Of a DNA stretch of 58,255 nucleotides, positions 8,780 through 20,339 are shown piece by piece. The notes beneath the pieces are model-generated. The model saw nothing but the letters and a program-made list of their open reading frames with translations, was not told the origin of the DNA and made no database searches. Source of the stretch: an uncultured Sulfurimonas sp. (GTDB lineage Bacteria > Campylobacterota > Campylobacteria > Campylobacterales > Sulfurimonadaceae); the NCBI GenBank assembly GCA_964481625.1, contig CAYZUN010000001.1:1-58255 (forward strand), read 5' to 3'. The translations under genes were made by a program, and so were the position numbers. Positions within the stretch are counted from its first letter, which is position 1. Every line of letters begins with the position of its first letter.

Positions 8780-11700
8780 TATGCGACCTTATTTTTAATA
8801 ATAAATTTTTCGAAAACTAAACGTAATAGATCTTTGTTAATAATGTTTTTAATAATCTCATGTACATAAAGAGCATCATCGTCATCGAGTGTCGTTGTTG
8901 GATCTGTTAACATAATTAAAGCGATGTCACTGTTAATCTCTCTTACTATGTCACTTAGCTCTTTAATGTTAACATTAGGAAGCTCTTTGTCAAAAAGAGC
9001 AACTCTAAACCGTTTTTCATTCAGCATGGATTTAAAATCGGTAATGTTTGAAACACTTTGGTAATTATATCCAAGGTCATCAAGTATCCTACAAAAAAGC
9101 TTATTTTCTAAAAGAGTTTTTTTCGCTACAAGAATATCAGCATCATAATGGATCTCTTGAGCTTCAGGCTCTTTGGCAGCCACTGCTTCGATTATACTGT
9201 TTTGAGGTTGAGGTATTTCTTGTTCCACTTGTTCTAAAAGAGGCTCATTGGAACTATTTTGTGCAGAAACTGCCTTGTTGCCTATGAACATATTTAAGAT
9301 AGCTATAATCTCTGTGCGCACAAGAGGTTTTGTAGTGTATTCATCCATACCGGCTTCCATAAATCGCTCTCTGTCACCTTTGAGGGCATTGGCTGTCAGT
9401 GCAACGATTGGAACATGTGTTAAGTTATTATCGGCTTCATAATCAAGTATTTCCATAGTCGACTCAATACCATCAAGTACCGGCATCTGTATATCCATAA
9501 AGATGATGTCAAAGTCAGCATTTTTACGTTGTTCAAAAGCTTCAAGACCGTTGTCGGCTAATGCTACGGTAAGACCAAGGTCCTGAAGCGTTTTTTGAAT
9601 GAGTTTCTGGTTGATGAGATTATCTTCAGCTACAAGAACATTAGCATTAAATTTAGAAGCCCGTGATTGGATACGTTTTCGCTGAGCTTCTTTGACCTCT
9701 TTTTTACTAGTAAACTCTTCAATATCATAAGATTGAATAATGTTTTTGATTTTTGTACCATTAAGAGGCTCATAGATAATTTTAAATAGATCAAGATCCA
9801 TTGAATCAATCTTTTTCATATAGAGCGACTTCATAATGAGTATTACTTCAGCAGGTGAATTGACATACTCCACAAGGTCTTCATCGTTAGTTAAATCAAA
9901 ATCTATAAACAAGAGGTCGTAATTGATTTGTGTCTGAAGGTTTCTGAGCTCTTGGAGTGAGGTAAATCTTTGGAAGTTGACACCATAATAACGCAGATAT
10001 GCTTTTAAATACTCATGGTGTGCTTTTTGTTTTGTATCAGACTCTAAGATGGCTACATTGATATTTGTGTAGACTCCTAAAGTACTCTCTTCGAGTGTTT
10101 CAAGCTCTTCAAACTCAAGGGTAAAGAAGAAAGATGTACCGTTTTCCGGTGAACTTTCAAGGTCAAGTTGACCTCCCATTAGTTCTACAAAACGGCTTGA
10201 AATGGTAAGTCCTAGACCCGTACCGCCATATTTTCTGGTAATGGAAGTATCTGCTTGTGAAAAGGCATCAAAAATTTTGGCTTTTTGTTGTGCTCCAATA
10301 CCGATACCGCTGTCACTGACTTCAAATCGAATTTTGACACGGTTAGGTTCATCACATGGTTCGCGGCGAATATCGACATGAATATCACCATTATTATTAG
10401 TAAATTTAATGGCATTGCTAAGGAGGTTAATGATGACCTCTTTGATTTTAGTCGGATCCCCTTTGATGGGGCACTCTAACGTTGGGTCAATAAAACATGA
10501 TAGGTTAATATGCTTCTCAGATGCTCTTACACCGTAAACTTCAACGGCACTTTCAAACTCGTCAGTAAGATCAAAAGCAATCTCTTCAATCTCAAGCTTA
10601 TTGCTTTCAATTTTAGAGAGGTCAAGAACATTATTGATAATTTCAAGGAGATTTTCTGAACTCTTTTCAATAATATCAATAAACTCTTTTTGCTCCTCTT
10701 GCAGGTCTGTATCTTTAAGAAGTTCGGTAAAGCCGACAATACCATTGAGCGGCGTACGAATCTCATGCGACATATTAGCCAAAAACATCGATTTTGCTTC
10801 ACTTGCATCAACGGCATAGGCTTTATCTCGACGGGTCTGTTCAATAATATTTTCTAAGATAATATAGGCTTGCTCTGTTCCTTTAGAGGTGTCAAGATTA
10901 ATATCGTGTGCAATATTTTTTGACTCTTCATCAGCACTATCTTCTGCAACACGTTTAAGAACAGACTCTAAAGTTTTAATATTACGTGCAATACCGGTAG
11001 ATACTATGTAACCAACAATTGCAATCAAGAAGGTGATAATCCAGATAGTGACTGCAATAATCAAGACCTGAAGCTCTTTATCTTTGATGGTATCGGCACG
11101 ATTGTCCATAGCATTGAGCAAGATCAGTTCTATTTCATTAAAAAGGTTGATTTTTTCTGAGAGAGTGTTAAACCAGATACTAGGATCAGTTTGAAATACA
11201 CCGCTATTTAAGGAGCGAAAAATATTTAGACGTTCCGCCGTGACATCTCTAAAGAGTTCTAAGTTGTCTTCATTATCAAAAAGGTTGGTGATCTCTTTTT
11301 TAACGTCTTCATTTATTAAACTTCTATAAGAGAGTGTATCTGTTTTATCAATAAGAAAGAACCAGTTTGTGAGCTCTGTATCACTAAGCGGTTTTGCTTT
11401 TGTTAGAAGAAATGCAATAAATCCACGCTCTTGAGCAGTATACTCTTTTGCTTGCAAAAAAGAGTGATACGTAGAGGCTAATGAGGTAATCTCTTCTTCA
11501 ATATGAAATGATGGATCATTTCCTAAAAGATCAATAAAATGTTCAATGGTGCGGCTGTATGAATCATAAAAAACTGTATTGAAATCATCTGTTTTGGTGT
11601 CAACTAATATTCTGGCTTCTTTGATTTTCTCAAAAAGTTCAGAGCTTTTTTTGAGACTGTTGCAGGTATTACATACGGCTTCACCTTTGCTATGGTTATG

Positions 11701-12012
11701 CAAAGAGTCATTTTGTTTGGTATAGCGAAGATACTCTTGAAATTTTTGATCAACGATGATTCGTTGCGCATGAAGTGATTTAAGAGCATTATCGGTTGCA
11801 TCACCAAGGTATATTGCAGACATACCGCGCTCTCTAGGAATATTAGTGATTAGTGCATTAAGATAACGACTCTCTTTGAGTTTAATTTGGAGTTGCTCAG
11901 CACCTTTATAGCTTGTATAAGAGTTATATACATGATAGCTGGCAAGTAGTAATAAGATAACAATAGGAACAAGACTGATCAGTCTAAGTCTGTTTGTAAT
12001 TCCAAAGTTCAT
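8779..12012 (-). CDS. Hybrid sensor histidine kinase with a periplasmic NIT (nitrate/nitrite-sensing type) domain, HisKA, HATPase_c, one canonical receiver and two degenerate receiver-like modules
   Basis: 1077 aa. N-terminal TM segment, two ERG-containing helical segments ([12 protein letters not shown]; [11 protein letters not shown]) typical of NIT, and a second TM. H-box [11 protein letters not shown]; G-boxes DSGIGI and GGTGLGL. REC with [13 protein letters not shown] / [14 protein letters not shown] / ALTANA. Confidence 0.85.
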   Translation of the reverse strand: MNFGITNRLRLISLVPIVILLLLASYHVYNSYTSYKGAEQLQIKLKESRYLNALITNIPRERGMSAIYLGDATDNALKSLHAQRIIVDQKFQEYLRYTKQNDSLHNHSKGEAVCNTCNSLKKSSELFEKIKEARILVDTKTDDFNTVFYDSYSRTIEHFIDLLGNDPSFHIEEEITSLASTYHSFLQAKEYTAQERGFIAFLLTKAKPLSDTELTNWFFLIDKTDTLSYRSLINEDVKKEITNLFDNEDNLELFRDVTAERLNIFRSLNSGVFQTDPSIWFNTLSEKINLFNEIELILLNAMDNRADTIKDKELQVLIIAVTIWIITFLIAIVGYIVSTGIARNIKTLESVLKRVAEDSADEESKNIAHDINLDTSKGTEQAYIILENIIEQTRRDKAYAVDASEAKSMFLANMSHEIRTPLNGIVGFTELLKDTDLQEEQKEFIDIIEKSSENLLEIINNVLDLSKIESNKLEIEEIAFDLTDEFESAVEVYGVRASEKHINLSCFIDPTLECPIKGDPTKIKEVIINLLSNAIKFTNNNGDIHVDIRREPCDEPNRVKIRFEVSDSGIGIGAQQKAKIFDAFSQADTSITRKYGGTGLGLTISSRFVELMGGQLDLESSPENGTSFFFTLEFEELETLEESTLGVYTNINVAILESDTKQKAHHEYLKAYLRYYGVNFQRFTSLQELRNLQTQINYDLLFIDFDLTNDEDLVEYVNSPAEVILIMKSLYMKKIDSMDLDLFKIIYEPLNGTKIKNIIQSYDIEEFTSKKEVKEAQRKRIQSRASKFNANVLVAEDNLINQKLIQKTLQDLGLTVALADNGLEAFEQRKNADFDIIFMDIQMPVLDGIESTMEILDYEADNNLTHVPIVALTANALKGDRERFMEAGMDEYTTKPLVRTEIIAILNMFIGNKAVSAQNSSNEPLLEQVEQEIPQPQNSIIEAVAAKEPEAQEIHYDADILVAKKTLLENKLFCRILDDLGYNYQSVSNITDFKSMLNEKRFRVALFDKELPNVNIKELSDIVREINSDIALIMLTDPTTTLDDDDALYVHEIIKNIINKDLLRLVFEKFIIKNKVA

Positions 12013-12025
12013 TTTCTATCCTTAG

Positions 12026-13738
12026 TTATAGTTGTTTAAGATAATGATAAAGTTGATCGACAAGACGTTTGGCATCGTTTGCATTATTACTTTTAATAAG
12101 TTCTTCTAATGTTAATGAAACATCGCTAATACGGAGGTTGTCACTAGTTCCTTTAAGTTCGAGGGCTATCTGTTTATATGTGGCATCATCAGCACTCTCT
12201 AAAGCAATCGCAAACTCATCTTTATGGCTTAGCGTTTGAGTAATAAAATCATCTTTTAACTCATTTATAAACTCAGGATCAATGCCAAGTTCATAAGCAG
12301 CTTTTGATTGATTGTAATGAATATCTTGATATGTTATGGTTTCTAAAGGTGTTTCATCAGCAGTTATCTCAGTCTCTTGAACTTTTTCTATTTCTATTTC
12401 TTCAACGACCGGAATCTCCGGTACTTCTTGGATCTCTTCAGTTGTAAAATGGTCTTCTTTGACAAGATCATCAAAACTATAAAGATCCTCTTCTATTAGA
12501 GAACTCTTAGGTTCCTCAAAATTCTCTTTATCTACTACATCTAAATCATAAAGGTCATTATTTGGTGGTGGAGTATAGGTATCAGGCGCATCAATGGGTT
12601 TTGCAGAAGTTTCAAATTGATAAATGTCATCATCAAATGTTGCAGTCTCAGCAGTTTTTGATTCAAGATCCGTTTTTTCTGCCTCTTGACTTGGTACGAC
12701 AATATTATTAACTTCTTTACCTTCAAGTTTGGCAATCATGCTGTAAAAATATTTGAGATAGGTTTTAGCCTCATGTATATCATGGGTAGTATTAAGTAAA
12801 TTCAATACTTCAAAAGAGTCTTCAATACGTAAGTTTGCAGCAACACCTTTGAGTTTATGTGAGAGGTTCTTTATGTTGTCAAAATTGTGATCATTTATTG
12901 AATCAAAGAGTTCATCTTTAAACTCATAGGATTGAGTAATAAAATCGCCAATAAACTCTTCAATGAGATCAACCGGCAGACCCAATTCATCAGCAGCAAC
13001 TTGTGGAGTATGTTGATACTCAGGATTAACTTCAAGTTCGTTGATTAGGAGTTGCTCTTCGCTGCTCATGAGATAGTCGCCAAGCATTGGTTTTTCTTGA
13101 ACAGTCGATGCCGCCGTGTCAGATACTTCTAGCGGTGGTGCATGCGTTGGGATGTCCGGTTCAATGATGTTTTTAGCTACCTCAGCAGAATCGACTAAAA
13201 ATGGTGACTCAGGATTATACAGAGCTAAATCAGGTTGTTGCTCAAGTTCATCAAATTCACTATGCTCAGGAACATCTAAAGGATCAGGTTCGACAAGAGT
13301 TGTTGCTTCAATCTCATCAAAACTAGGAAGTTGTGTAGGGATGTGATGTGTTGCTTCAAATGTTTCAGTTGATTGGAATGGTTCATTGAATGAACTACTC
13401 TCTTCATCATCTTTTAAATTCTTGAGGTGCATTAGTTCTATGAGATAACCGGACTCATTGGGCGAGTCTGACAGATAGATGGTTTTTATTTTAAGAGATG
13501 CGCAAAAGGTTTTTTTGTTAGCAGATATAAGTACTTTGGATTCATCTGAATCAGAGTGCATAACAAAATCAATCCATTTAAAATTTTTGAAGTTGTGAAT
13601 GTAACCAGGTTTTTTAACAAAGAGATCTGCAAAATCAGAACAGTTGTTCAATAAGTCACTAAAAGAGCGATAATGCAACTTTTGCAGATCATCTAAATCA
13701 ATACCGATAAACTCTTTTTTATGGTTGTAAATTAGCAA
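12026..13738 (-). CDS. Phosphorelay protein with two tandem Hpt-like domains (the first has the phospho-accepting His, the second is degenerate) separated by acidic low-complexity linkers
   Basis: 570 aa. Hpt signature LSHKLKGVAANLRIED. A second copy, IALELKGTSDNLRISD, has Leu at the His position. The preceding segments also look duplicated (ELGLPVDLIEEFIGDFITQ vs ELGIDPEFINELKDDFITQ). First gene of the operon with the kinase and receiver. Confidence 0.7.
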   Translation of the reverse strand: MLIYNHKKEFIGIDLDDLQKLHYRSFSDLLNNCSDFADLFVKKPGYIHNFKNFKWIDFVMHSDSDESKVLISANKKTFCASLKIKTIYLSDSPNESGYLIELMHLKNLKDDEESSSFNEPFQSTETFEATHHIPTQLPSFDEIEATTLVEPDPLDVPEHSEFDELEQQPDLALYNPESPFLVDSAEVAKNIIEPDIPTHAPPLEVSDTAASTVQEKPMLGDYLMSSEEQLLINELEVNPEYQHTPQVAADELGLPVDLIEEFIGDFITQSYEFKDELFDSINDHNFDNIKNLSHKLKGVAANLRIEDSFEVLNLLNTTHDIHEAKTYLKYFYSMIAKLEGKEVNNIVVPSQEAEKTDLESKTAETATFDDDIYQFETSAKPIDAPDTYTPPPNNDLYDLDVVDKENFEEPKSSLIEEDLYSFDDLVKEDHFTTEEIQEVPEIPVVEEIEIEKVQETEITADETPLETITYQDIHYNQSKAAYELGIDPEFINELKDDFITQTLSHKDEFAIALESADDATYKQIALELKGTSDNLRISDVSLTLEELIKSNNANDAKRLVDQLYHYLKQL

Positions 13739-13819
13739 GCCTTCTCCTTTTGAAATTTTGAATTTGACACATAGTCAATTATTGTTGAATAATATATCAT
13801 AAAAATAGCCAGAGAAAAC

Positions 13820-15616
13820 TTACATGTAAATATTATTAATGCTATTAGCATCTTTTTTATTTAATATAGAAGCAATTTCATCAATATTGGCAGTTTTTAT
13901 TGCTTCAAATGTTCCAAAATGTTGAAGGAGTTTTTTTATTTTTGCAACGGAAATTCCCTTGGCATTTAACATTTTTAATTCATTATCATGTTTGAGTTTT
14001 GTTTTTTTATGAAAGGTTATGGCACTTCGATGTGCTTCATCACGCAGTCGTTGTATCCAAAGGAGTCGTTTATCGGTTGCAAGTAGTTTGATTGGATTGT
14101 CAATAGCATGTAAAATATCGTGTGCTTTTCCCTTTGCACGATTGGATTTGGCATCAATTTTCTCTTTAGAAATAGCAATCACATCAAGATTGACTCCGGC
14201 AGAATCAAGTAGCTCTCGTGCTAATTTTAAGAGGGTTTGACCGCCATCAATGACCCACAAATCCGGTGGTGGGCTTTTCTCAAAACTTTCCATCCGTCGT
14301 GTTAAGGTTTCACGCATCTGTGCATATTCATCTTTGGCTTGAAGGTGGTAGCGGCGATATGAGGATTTATGAAATGCTCCATTATCATAGACTACCATAG
14401 CCCCCACAGTTGCTTGAGAGGCCATATGAGAGTTGTCGAAAATCTCAATACGCTCCGGAAGTATTTGCAGTTCAAACAATTCTTGTAGTGATTGTTGTGC
14501 TTCATAGTCATTATTTTTAGGGGCGTGCTTGAGCAGTTCAACTGCATTTTTACGAGCTAAATCTATAAGTAATTTTTTAGAACCGCGTTGCGGTTGGATT
14601 ATAGAGGCTTTTTTACCAAAAACCGTAGAGAGATGTTCTGTTACAAGATCACTGCTATTAAATGTATCTGCTACTAAAATAGGAGCAATAACAGGGGGCT
14701 TTTCATTGTTGTAAAAATCTAAAATAGCGCGTTCATACCCTTCATCTTTATCGAAAAACTCATTAATAGTAATGCTATTATGAGCGGTTGAGACAATCTT
14801 GCCATGACGCATAAAAAGTTTTAATATGACTGCTTTAGAGCTGTTGTGTGCAATACAGAAAATATCATAGTGCTCTTTTGAGGCAAAATCTATTTGTGAA
14901 TGTATAGCACTTTTTTTAATACGCTCTATAGTATCGCGCAATTGGGTAGCTTCTTCAAAACGAAGTTGTTTGGCGAGCAGTTGCATTTTTACATGTAAGT
15001 CATCAGCTAACAAGTTTTTATTTTCTATGTAAGAAATTGCTTTATCAACAATAAGTGAATACTCCTGTGCAGTTATTTTACCTTCACAGGGTGCTTTGCA
15101 CTTTTTTAATTGGTAGTAAAGACACGCTTTTTTACCTTTTAAGCAACCTTTTTTTTGCACAAGAGCACATAATTCATAAATAGAGTCTAAAATGTCTCGT
15201 GCCGCAGTGGAGTAGGGACCAAAATAGCTGATATTTTTTCCTTTAATCACCCGACGGGTCATTTCAAAACGTGGAAATTCCTCATTATTATTAATGTATA
15301 TATAGGGATAGGTTTTATCATCACGCAGTAAAATATTATATTTTGGTTTGAGCTGCTTAATAAGAGAGTTCTCTAAAATCAGTGCATCATGCTCACTCTC
15401 AACTATTATGTAGTTTAGTGATACGGTCTCAGAGATCATCTTTTGAATTCTGAGATTTAGGCTTGGATTGCAGTGAAGCGAGGGTGTGAAACGGAAGTAG
15501 CTTTTGACGCGCTTTGAGAGATCTTTTGCTTTACCAATATAGAGCAGACGGTTGTTTTTGTCAAAGTACTGATAGACACCAGCACTACGCGGAAGTGCCT
15601 GAATTCTTTGTAACAC
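13820..15616 (-). CDS. uvrC: Excinuclease ABC subunit C
   Basis: 598 aa. GIY-YIG N-terminus (GVYQYFD...LLYIGKAK), UVR domain, RNase H-like endonuclease domain and C-terminal HhH. Confidence 0.95.
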   Translation of the reverse strand: MLQRIQALPRSAGVYQYFDKNNRLLYIGKAKDLSKRVKSYFRFTPSLHCNPSLNLRIQKMISETVSLNYIIVESEHDALILENSLIKQLKPKYNILLRDDKTYPYIYINNNEEFPRFEMTRRVIKGKNISYFGPYSTAARDILDSIYELCALVQKKGCLKGKKACLYYQLKKCKAPCEGKITAQEYSLIVDKAISYIENKNLLADDLHVKMQLLAKQLRFEEATQLRDTIERIKKSAIHSQIDFASKEHYDIFCIAHNSSKAVILKLFMRHGKIVSTAHNSITINEFFDKDEGYERAILDFYNNEKPPVIAPILVADTFNSSDLVTEHLSTVFGKKASIIQPQRGSKKLLIDLARKNAVELLKHAPKNNDYEAQQSLQELFELQILPERIEIFDNSHMASQATVGAMVVYDNGAFHKSSYRRYHLQAKDEYAQMRETLTRRMESFEKSPPPDLWVIDGGQTLLKLARELLDSAGVNLDVIAISKEKIDAKSNRAKGKAHDILHAIDNPIKLLATDKRLLWIQRLRDEAHRSAITFHKKTKLKHDNELKMLNAKGISVAKIKKLLQHFGTFEAIKTANIDEIASILNKKDANSINNIYM

Positions 15617-15700
15617 TCTATTTTACCTTTATATTTAAAGATTTTTTTATAAATTCTATTATATCATCAAACAATTACTTACCAAGATTAAGAGAGACCT

Positions 15701-15823
15701 TTGAATATTAATAAAAAGTTCACCCTGTTTTTTTATAGTTTGATTATATCATTAGCTCTATTAAGCATTACAGGGTGTGGTTATAAAGCAGATCCGTTTT
15801 ACGATAAAAAAGAGCAGCAATGA
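15701..15823 (+). CDS. Small lipoprotein (40 aa, TTG start), LptM/YifL-like
   Basis: Hand translation: (M)NINKKFTLFFYSLIISLALLSITGCGYKADPFYDKKEQQ*. It has a lipobox (ITGC) followed by a G-x-K-x-D/P-x-Y pattern, like small LPAM_2/LptM lipoproteins. A purine-rich AGAGAG lies 4-9 nt upstream. The stop TGA overlaps the nadB ATG (ATGA). Too short for the ORF track. Confidence 0.45.
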   Translation: MNINKKFTLFFYSLIISLALLSITGCGYKADPFYDKKEQQ

Positions 15824-17265
15824 AGTATGATATACTCATTATTGGCGCGGGAGTAGCGGGACTTTATGCCGCTATGAATCTTCCTAAAAATAAAAAAGTT
15901 TTAGTCATTAACAAATCGCACCCTTGGGAGTGTAATACCTATTATGCTCAAGGTGGTGTGACGACGGCGTATAATAAAGAAGATATTAAATTACATGTAA
16001 ATGATACCATAGATGCCGGTGATGGAATGTGTAATAAAGAAGCAGTAGAAGTGATGAGCAAAGGAAGCCTTGCTGTTATAGATGATCTTATTACTCGTGG
16101 TTTTGAGTTTGATAAAGCTGATGATGGAACACTGCTTTACACCAAGGAGGCAGCCCATTCGCGTGATCGTATTTTACATGCCGGAGGTGATGCAACAGGA
16201 AGATACCTGCACTACTTTTTACTGCAGCAAAATCCGCATCCAATGCTCTGTAATGCTACAGTTATTGACCTGATTATGGACGAGGGACAGTGTTGTGGTG
16301 TTGTCATTGAACATGAGAATAAAATTAAGACAATTGAAGCCGCACATACTGTTATTGCCAGTGGCGGTGTAGGTTCGTTGTATGAATACCACACCAATGC
16401 CAGAACCATTAGCGGAGATATTCACGGTATCTGTGTTGAGAAAGGGATTGCCTTAGAAAACATGGAGATGATGCAATTTCATCCAACGGTTTATGTCGGT
16501 AATGAATCAGCACAAAAACAGCTCTTAACTGAAGCTCTACGCGGTGAAGGAGCACATATTGTTGATGAGAACGGCTATCGTTTTTTATATGAGTATGATA
16601 AAAATGCAGAATTGGCATCACGTGATATTGTTAGTTATGCCATTTATGATTATACACAGCGCACCGGAATGCAGGCATATTTAGATTTGAATGTTTTTGA
16701 TGAGAGTTATTTTAGAAAACGGTTTCCTAATATTTATGGTGCACTCAATCTTTTAGGCTTTAAGGTGCCTGCTCAAAAGGTTCCTATTTCGCCGGCATTT
16801 CATTACGCTATAGGAGGGATTAAAACCTCCTTTGATGGAGAAGTAGCTGGAATTAAAGGTCTCTATGCCATTGGTGAGGCAGCATCCACCGGTGTTCACG
16901 GAGCAAATAGGCTAGCGAGCAACTCTCTTCTTGAGGGCTTAGTATTTTCTAAGCGCGCCAGTAAAAAAATTCTTAAAGACAGTACAAGATTTTGTGCGAA
17001 ATTAGTAATGGTGGAAGACTATATTTTGGCAGAATCTCAAGATAAAGTAAAAAAAGATAAATTACGTAGTATAATGTGGAAAAATGTTTCTATTGCCCGC
17101 ACTAAAAAAGGGTTACATGAAGCAAAGAAAGAGATAGAAGCGATGTTAACCAATAAGGTTGGTAGACTTTTGAAGTTGAGACTACTTACAGCACATGCCA
17201 TAGTTGAAGCAGCTTTAAAACGTGATGAATCTATTGGTGTGCACCATATGAAAGAGGAGAATTGA
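15820..17265 (+). CDS. nadB: L-aspartate oxidase
   Basis: 481 aa. FAD-binding DILIIGAGVAGLYAA, plus YAQGG and RxxHAGGD..G motifs of the succinate dehydrogenase/fumarate reductase flavoprotein family. Size and C-terminus fit NadB. Confidence 0.9.
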   Translation: MKYDILIIGAGVAGLYAAMNLPKNKKVLVINKSHPWECNTYYAQGGVTTAYNKEDIKLHVNDTIDAGDGMCNKEAVEVMSKGSLAVIDDLITRGFEFDKADDGTLLYTKEAAHSRDRILHAGGDATGRYLHYFLLQQNPHPMLCNATVIDLIMDEGQCCGVVIEHENKIKTIEAAHTVIASGGVGSLYEYHTNARTISGDIHGICVEKGIALENMEMMQFHPTVYVGNESAQKQLLTEALRGEGAHIVDENGYRFLYEYDKNAELASRDIVSYAIYDYTQRTGMQAYLDLNVFDESYFRKRFPNIYGALNLLGFKVPAQKVPISPAFHYAIGGIKTSFDGEVAGIKGLYAIGEAASTGVHGANRLASNSLLEGLVFSKRASKKILKDSTRFCAKLVMVEDYILAESQDKVKKDKLRSIMWKNVSIARTKKGLHEAKKEIEAMLTNKVGRLLKLRLLTAHAIVEAALKRDESIGVHHMKEEN

Positions 17266-18647
17266 TGTTGAAATTATTAATGTTGGGCTTACTAAGTGTT
17301 AGCCTATTTGCAAGTGGCGGGAGTGCTACAGCAGAAGCAATACCGGACTTAACCATGACGTGGGTCGGATTTCTTTGTATAATTATTTTTGTTGTTGGAT
17401 ACTATTTTGTAGCGATGGAAGAGAAATATCATATTGATAAAGCGAAACCGGCACTACTGACGGGTACATTTCTATTTATTCTAATTGGAATTTACTATGC
17501 TATGAACGATCTGAATATGGATCTTGTCCATACGCAAGCACAGCACCTTATTTTAGAGATCGCAGAGATCTTTTTCTTCTTATTTGTTGCAATGACCTAC
17601 ATTGAATCAATGATTCATATGGGCGTCTTTGACCGTTTGAAATATAATTTAGTCTCAAAAGGGCATAGTTATAGAAAGCTTTTCTGGATAACAGGATTTT
17701 TAGCATTTTTTATCTCACCGATTGCTGATAACTTAACAACAGCTCTGATTCTTTCAACAGTACTGATTACTATTACCAAAACAAAACGCTCTTTCTTGGT
17801 TCCGGGTGCGATTAACATTGTTGTCGCAGCCAATGCCGGTGGTGCGTGGAGTCCGTTTGGAGATATCACGACACTTATGGCATGGACGGCAGGAAAAGGG
17901 AGCTTTGTTGACTTCTTATTCCTCTTTCCGGCATCGATTCTGGGATATTTAATAACAGCATTTTTACTTAGTAAAGTGGTACCGGATGAGAAACCGGATT
18001 TTGATGCTTCAACTGAGAAAAAACCGATGATGATGAAAGGTGCCAATGTTGTTATTGGTCTTGGAGTCTTTACAATCTTTTGTGCCGTAATGTCGCATCA
18101 GGTACTTCACTTGCCTGCGATGTGGGGAATGATGTTTGGTCTCTCACTGCTTAAAATCTATAGCTATCGTCTCAAACGCGTACACAATAGTGAGTTTGAT
18201 GTCTTCCACTCCATGGCAAAAATTGAGAATAATACATTGATGTTCTTTTTTGGTATTTTAGCGGCAGTCGGAGCACTCTACTTTTTAGGCTGGTTGGCAC
18301 TTGCAGCAGTAGTTTATGATCCTTCAGTACTAGGACCTACCTGGTCAAATATCGGTGTTGGATTCCTCTCGGCGATTATTGATAATGTTCCGGTGATGTC
18401 TGCGGTGCTTAAAGCAAATCCTACGATGGGTCTGGATCAATGGATGCTTGTTACACTCACTGCCGGTGTGGGCGGTTCACTCATTAGTTTTGGTAGTGCT
18501 GCGGGTGTTGGTGTTATGGGTAAACTGCCGGGTATTTATACTTTCAGTGCTCATATGAGATACTCATGGATGATTTTTATCGGATATGTGGTTTCCGTTG
18601 CTGTATGGTATGTTCAGTATGAAGTTTTAGGATTCTATCCTCATTAA
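17262..18647 (+). CDS. nhaD: NhaD-type Na+/H+ antiporter (ArsB/NhaD permease superfamily)
   Basis: 461 aa, polytopic. N-terminal signal-like segment followed by the ...EEKYHIDKAKPALL motif and DNLTTALI / IIDNVPVMSAVL repeats characteristic of NhaD. Confidence 0.7.
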   Translation: MMLKLLMLGLLSVSLFASGGSATAEAIPDLTMTWVGFLCIIIFVVGYYFVAMEEKYHIDKAKPALLTGTFLFILIGIYYAMNDLNMDLVHTQAQHLILEIAEIFFFLFVAMTYIESMIHMGVFDRLKYNLVSKGHSYRKLFWITGFLAFFISPIADNLTTALILSTVLITITKTKRSFLVPGAINIVVAANAGGAWSPFGDITTLMAWTAGKGSFVDFLFLFPASILGYLITAFLLSKVVPDEKPDFDASTEKKPMMMKGANVVIGLGVFTIFCAVMSHQVLHLPAMWGMMFGLSLLKIYSYRLKRVHNSEFDVFHSMAKIENNTLMFFFGILAAVGALYFLGWLALAAVVYDPSVLGPTWSNIGVGFLSAIIDNVPVMSAVLKANPTMGLDQWMLVTLTAGVGGSLISFGSAAGVGVMGKLPGIYTFSAHMRYSWMIFIGYVVSVAVWYVQYEVLGFYPH

Positions 18648-18751
18648 TTATCCTCGTTATATCCAATCTTAATCTACTTTTTTGTACCCTTTCACTATCG
18701 AAAGGGTATAGCCCTCAATATGAATTCAATTATTATTAAAGGAATAGCAAA

Positions 18752-20302
18752 ATGAAAGATGTCAGTATCATCGTCCTTGATTTTGGTTCACAATATACAC
18801 AGTTAATTGCACGAAGATTACGTGAAGAGCGCGTCTATTGTGAGATTCTTCCGTATCATACAAAAGTCGATGCTATTAAAGCGAAAAACCCTCAAGGAAT
18901 TATTTTAAGTGGTGGTCCGTCATCGGTCTACAATAAAGATGCTTATGAAGTTGATCAAGAAGTTTACAATCTAGGACTTCCTGTTTTAGGAATTTGTTAT
19001 GGAATGCAGCGTATTGCTGTTGATTTTGGCGGTTCAGTGGTTCGAAGTGATCATCATGAGTATGGTAAGGCAGAACTTCTTATTAATCAAGAGCATAGCG
19101 AGAGTTCACCACTGTTTGAAGGGTGTGATGACAGTCGTACTGTCTGGATGAGTCATAGTGACCGTGTTGATGAACTACCTGAGGGTTTTAAGCCTATTGC
19201 TCATTCAGATAACTCGCCGTTTGCGGCCATTGCCAATGAAGAGAAACGTGTTTATGCAATGCAGTACCATCCTGAAGTTCAGCACTCCCAAGAGGGCTAT
19301 TTGATGCTTCGTAACTTTGCACGTAACATCTGTGGTGTGACTGAGAAATGGAAGATGGAGCACTTTGTTAAAGAGCAGATTTTAAAAATTCGTGAACAAG
19401 TTGGTGATGCAAAAGTACTTTGTGGTCTTAGTGGCGGAGTTGATTCTTCTGTTACTGCTGCAATTATTTACGAAGCCATTGGCGATCAGCTTATTCCTGT
19501 TTTTGTTGATAATGGACTGCTGAGAAAAGGGGAGCGTGAACAAGTTGAAGAGGTCTTTAAAATTAATCTCAAAGTACCTCTAATTACTATTGATGCAGTT
19601 GATAACTTTTTAGGAAAACTTGAAGGTATTTCTGATCCTGAAACTAAACGTAAAATTATTGGACATACTTTCATTGAAGAGTTTGAAAAAGAGGCGAAAA
19701 AACATGATGGTATTAAGTTCTTAGCACAAGGAACCCTCTACCCTGATGTTATTGAATCCATTTCAGTTAACGGTCCATCAGAAGTTATTAAGTCTCACCA
19801 TAATGTAGGTGGTCTGCCGGACTGGATGGACTTTGAACTCATCGAGCCACTGCGTGAACTCTTTAAAGATGAGGTTCGTAAAATGGGTCTTGAGCTTGGA
19901 CTTCCATCAGGTATGATTAACCGTCATCCATTTCCTGGACCTGGGCTTGCGATTCGTATTATGGGTGATGTAAATCGTCTTGACTTGACACTGCTTCGTG
20001 AGGCTGATGTTATTTTACTCGATGAACTTAAAGCAAGTGGGTACTACGCCAAAACGTGGCAGGCATTTGCAGTACTGTTAAATGTAAAATCAGTTGGTGT
20101 TATGGGTGACAATAGAACGTATGATAATACCGTATGTGTACGTGTTGTTGAAGCAGTTGATGGAATGACGGCAACCTTTGCACATCTTCCACATAATTTA
20201 CTAGAGCGTATCAGTCGTCGTATTATTAATGAAGTTGATGGTATTAACCGCGTTGTTTACGATATTAGCTCCAAGCCTCCAGCAACAATTGAGTGGGAGT
20301 AG
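18752..20302 (+). CDS. guaA: GMP synthase (glutamine-hydrolysing)
   Basis: 516 aa. GATase1 domain (GICYGMQ, catalytic Cys; HPE), ATP-PPase SGGVDSS, and C-terminal ...KPPATIEWE. Confidence 0.97.
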   Translation: MKDVSIIVLDFGSQYTQLIARRLREERVYCEILPYHTKVDAIKAKNPQGIILSGGPSSVYNKDAYEVDQEVYNLGLPVLGICYGMQRIAVDFGGSVVRSDHHEYGKAELLINQEHSESSPLFEGCDDSRTVWMSHSDRVDELPEGFKPIAHSDNSPFAAIANEEKRVYAMQYHPEVQHSQEGYLMLRNFARNICGVTEKWKMEHFVKEQILKIREQVGDAKVLCGLSGGVDSSVTAAIIYEAIGDQLIPVFVDNGLLRKGEREQVEEVFKINLKVPLITIDAVDNFLGKLEGISDPETKRKIIGHTFIEEFEKEAKKHDGIKFLAQGTLYPDVIESISVNGPSEVIKSHHNVGGLPDWMDFELIEPLRELFKDEVRKMGLELGLPSGMINRHPFPGPGLAIRIMGDVNRLDLTLLREADVILLDELKASGYYAKTWQAFAVLLNVKSVGVMGDNRTYDNTVCVRVVEAVDGMTATFAHLPHNLLERISRRIINEVDGINRVVYDISSKPPATIEWE

Positions 20303-20333
20303 AAATTACATGTAAATTTACATGTAATTTCTA
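20300..20333. repeat. Perfect 34-bp palindrome TAGAAATTACATGTAAATTTACATGTAATTTCTA, made of two copies of the abundant TTACATGTAA motif. It includes the guaA stop codon and may act as a terminator or stem-loop.
   Basis: Read directly from the sequence. The two arms are exact reverse complements around 20316/20317. The motif copies are at 20306-20315 and 20318-20327. Confidence 0.9.
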
Positions 20334-20339
20334 ATATAT

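Noticed and set aside
18685-18708. Hairpin TACCCTTTC-ACTATC-GAAAGGGTA after the NhaD-like gene as an intrinsic terminator
   Set aside because: The 9-bp stem is perfect, but the T-run is on the 5' side and no U-tract follows on either strand. I cannot support a rho-independent terminator call.
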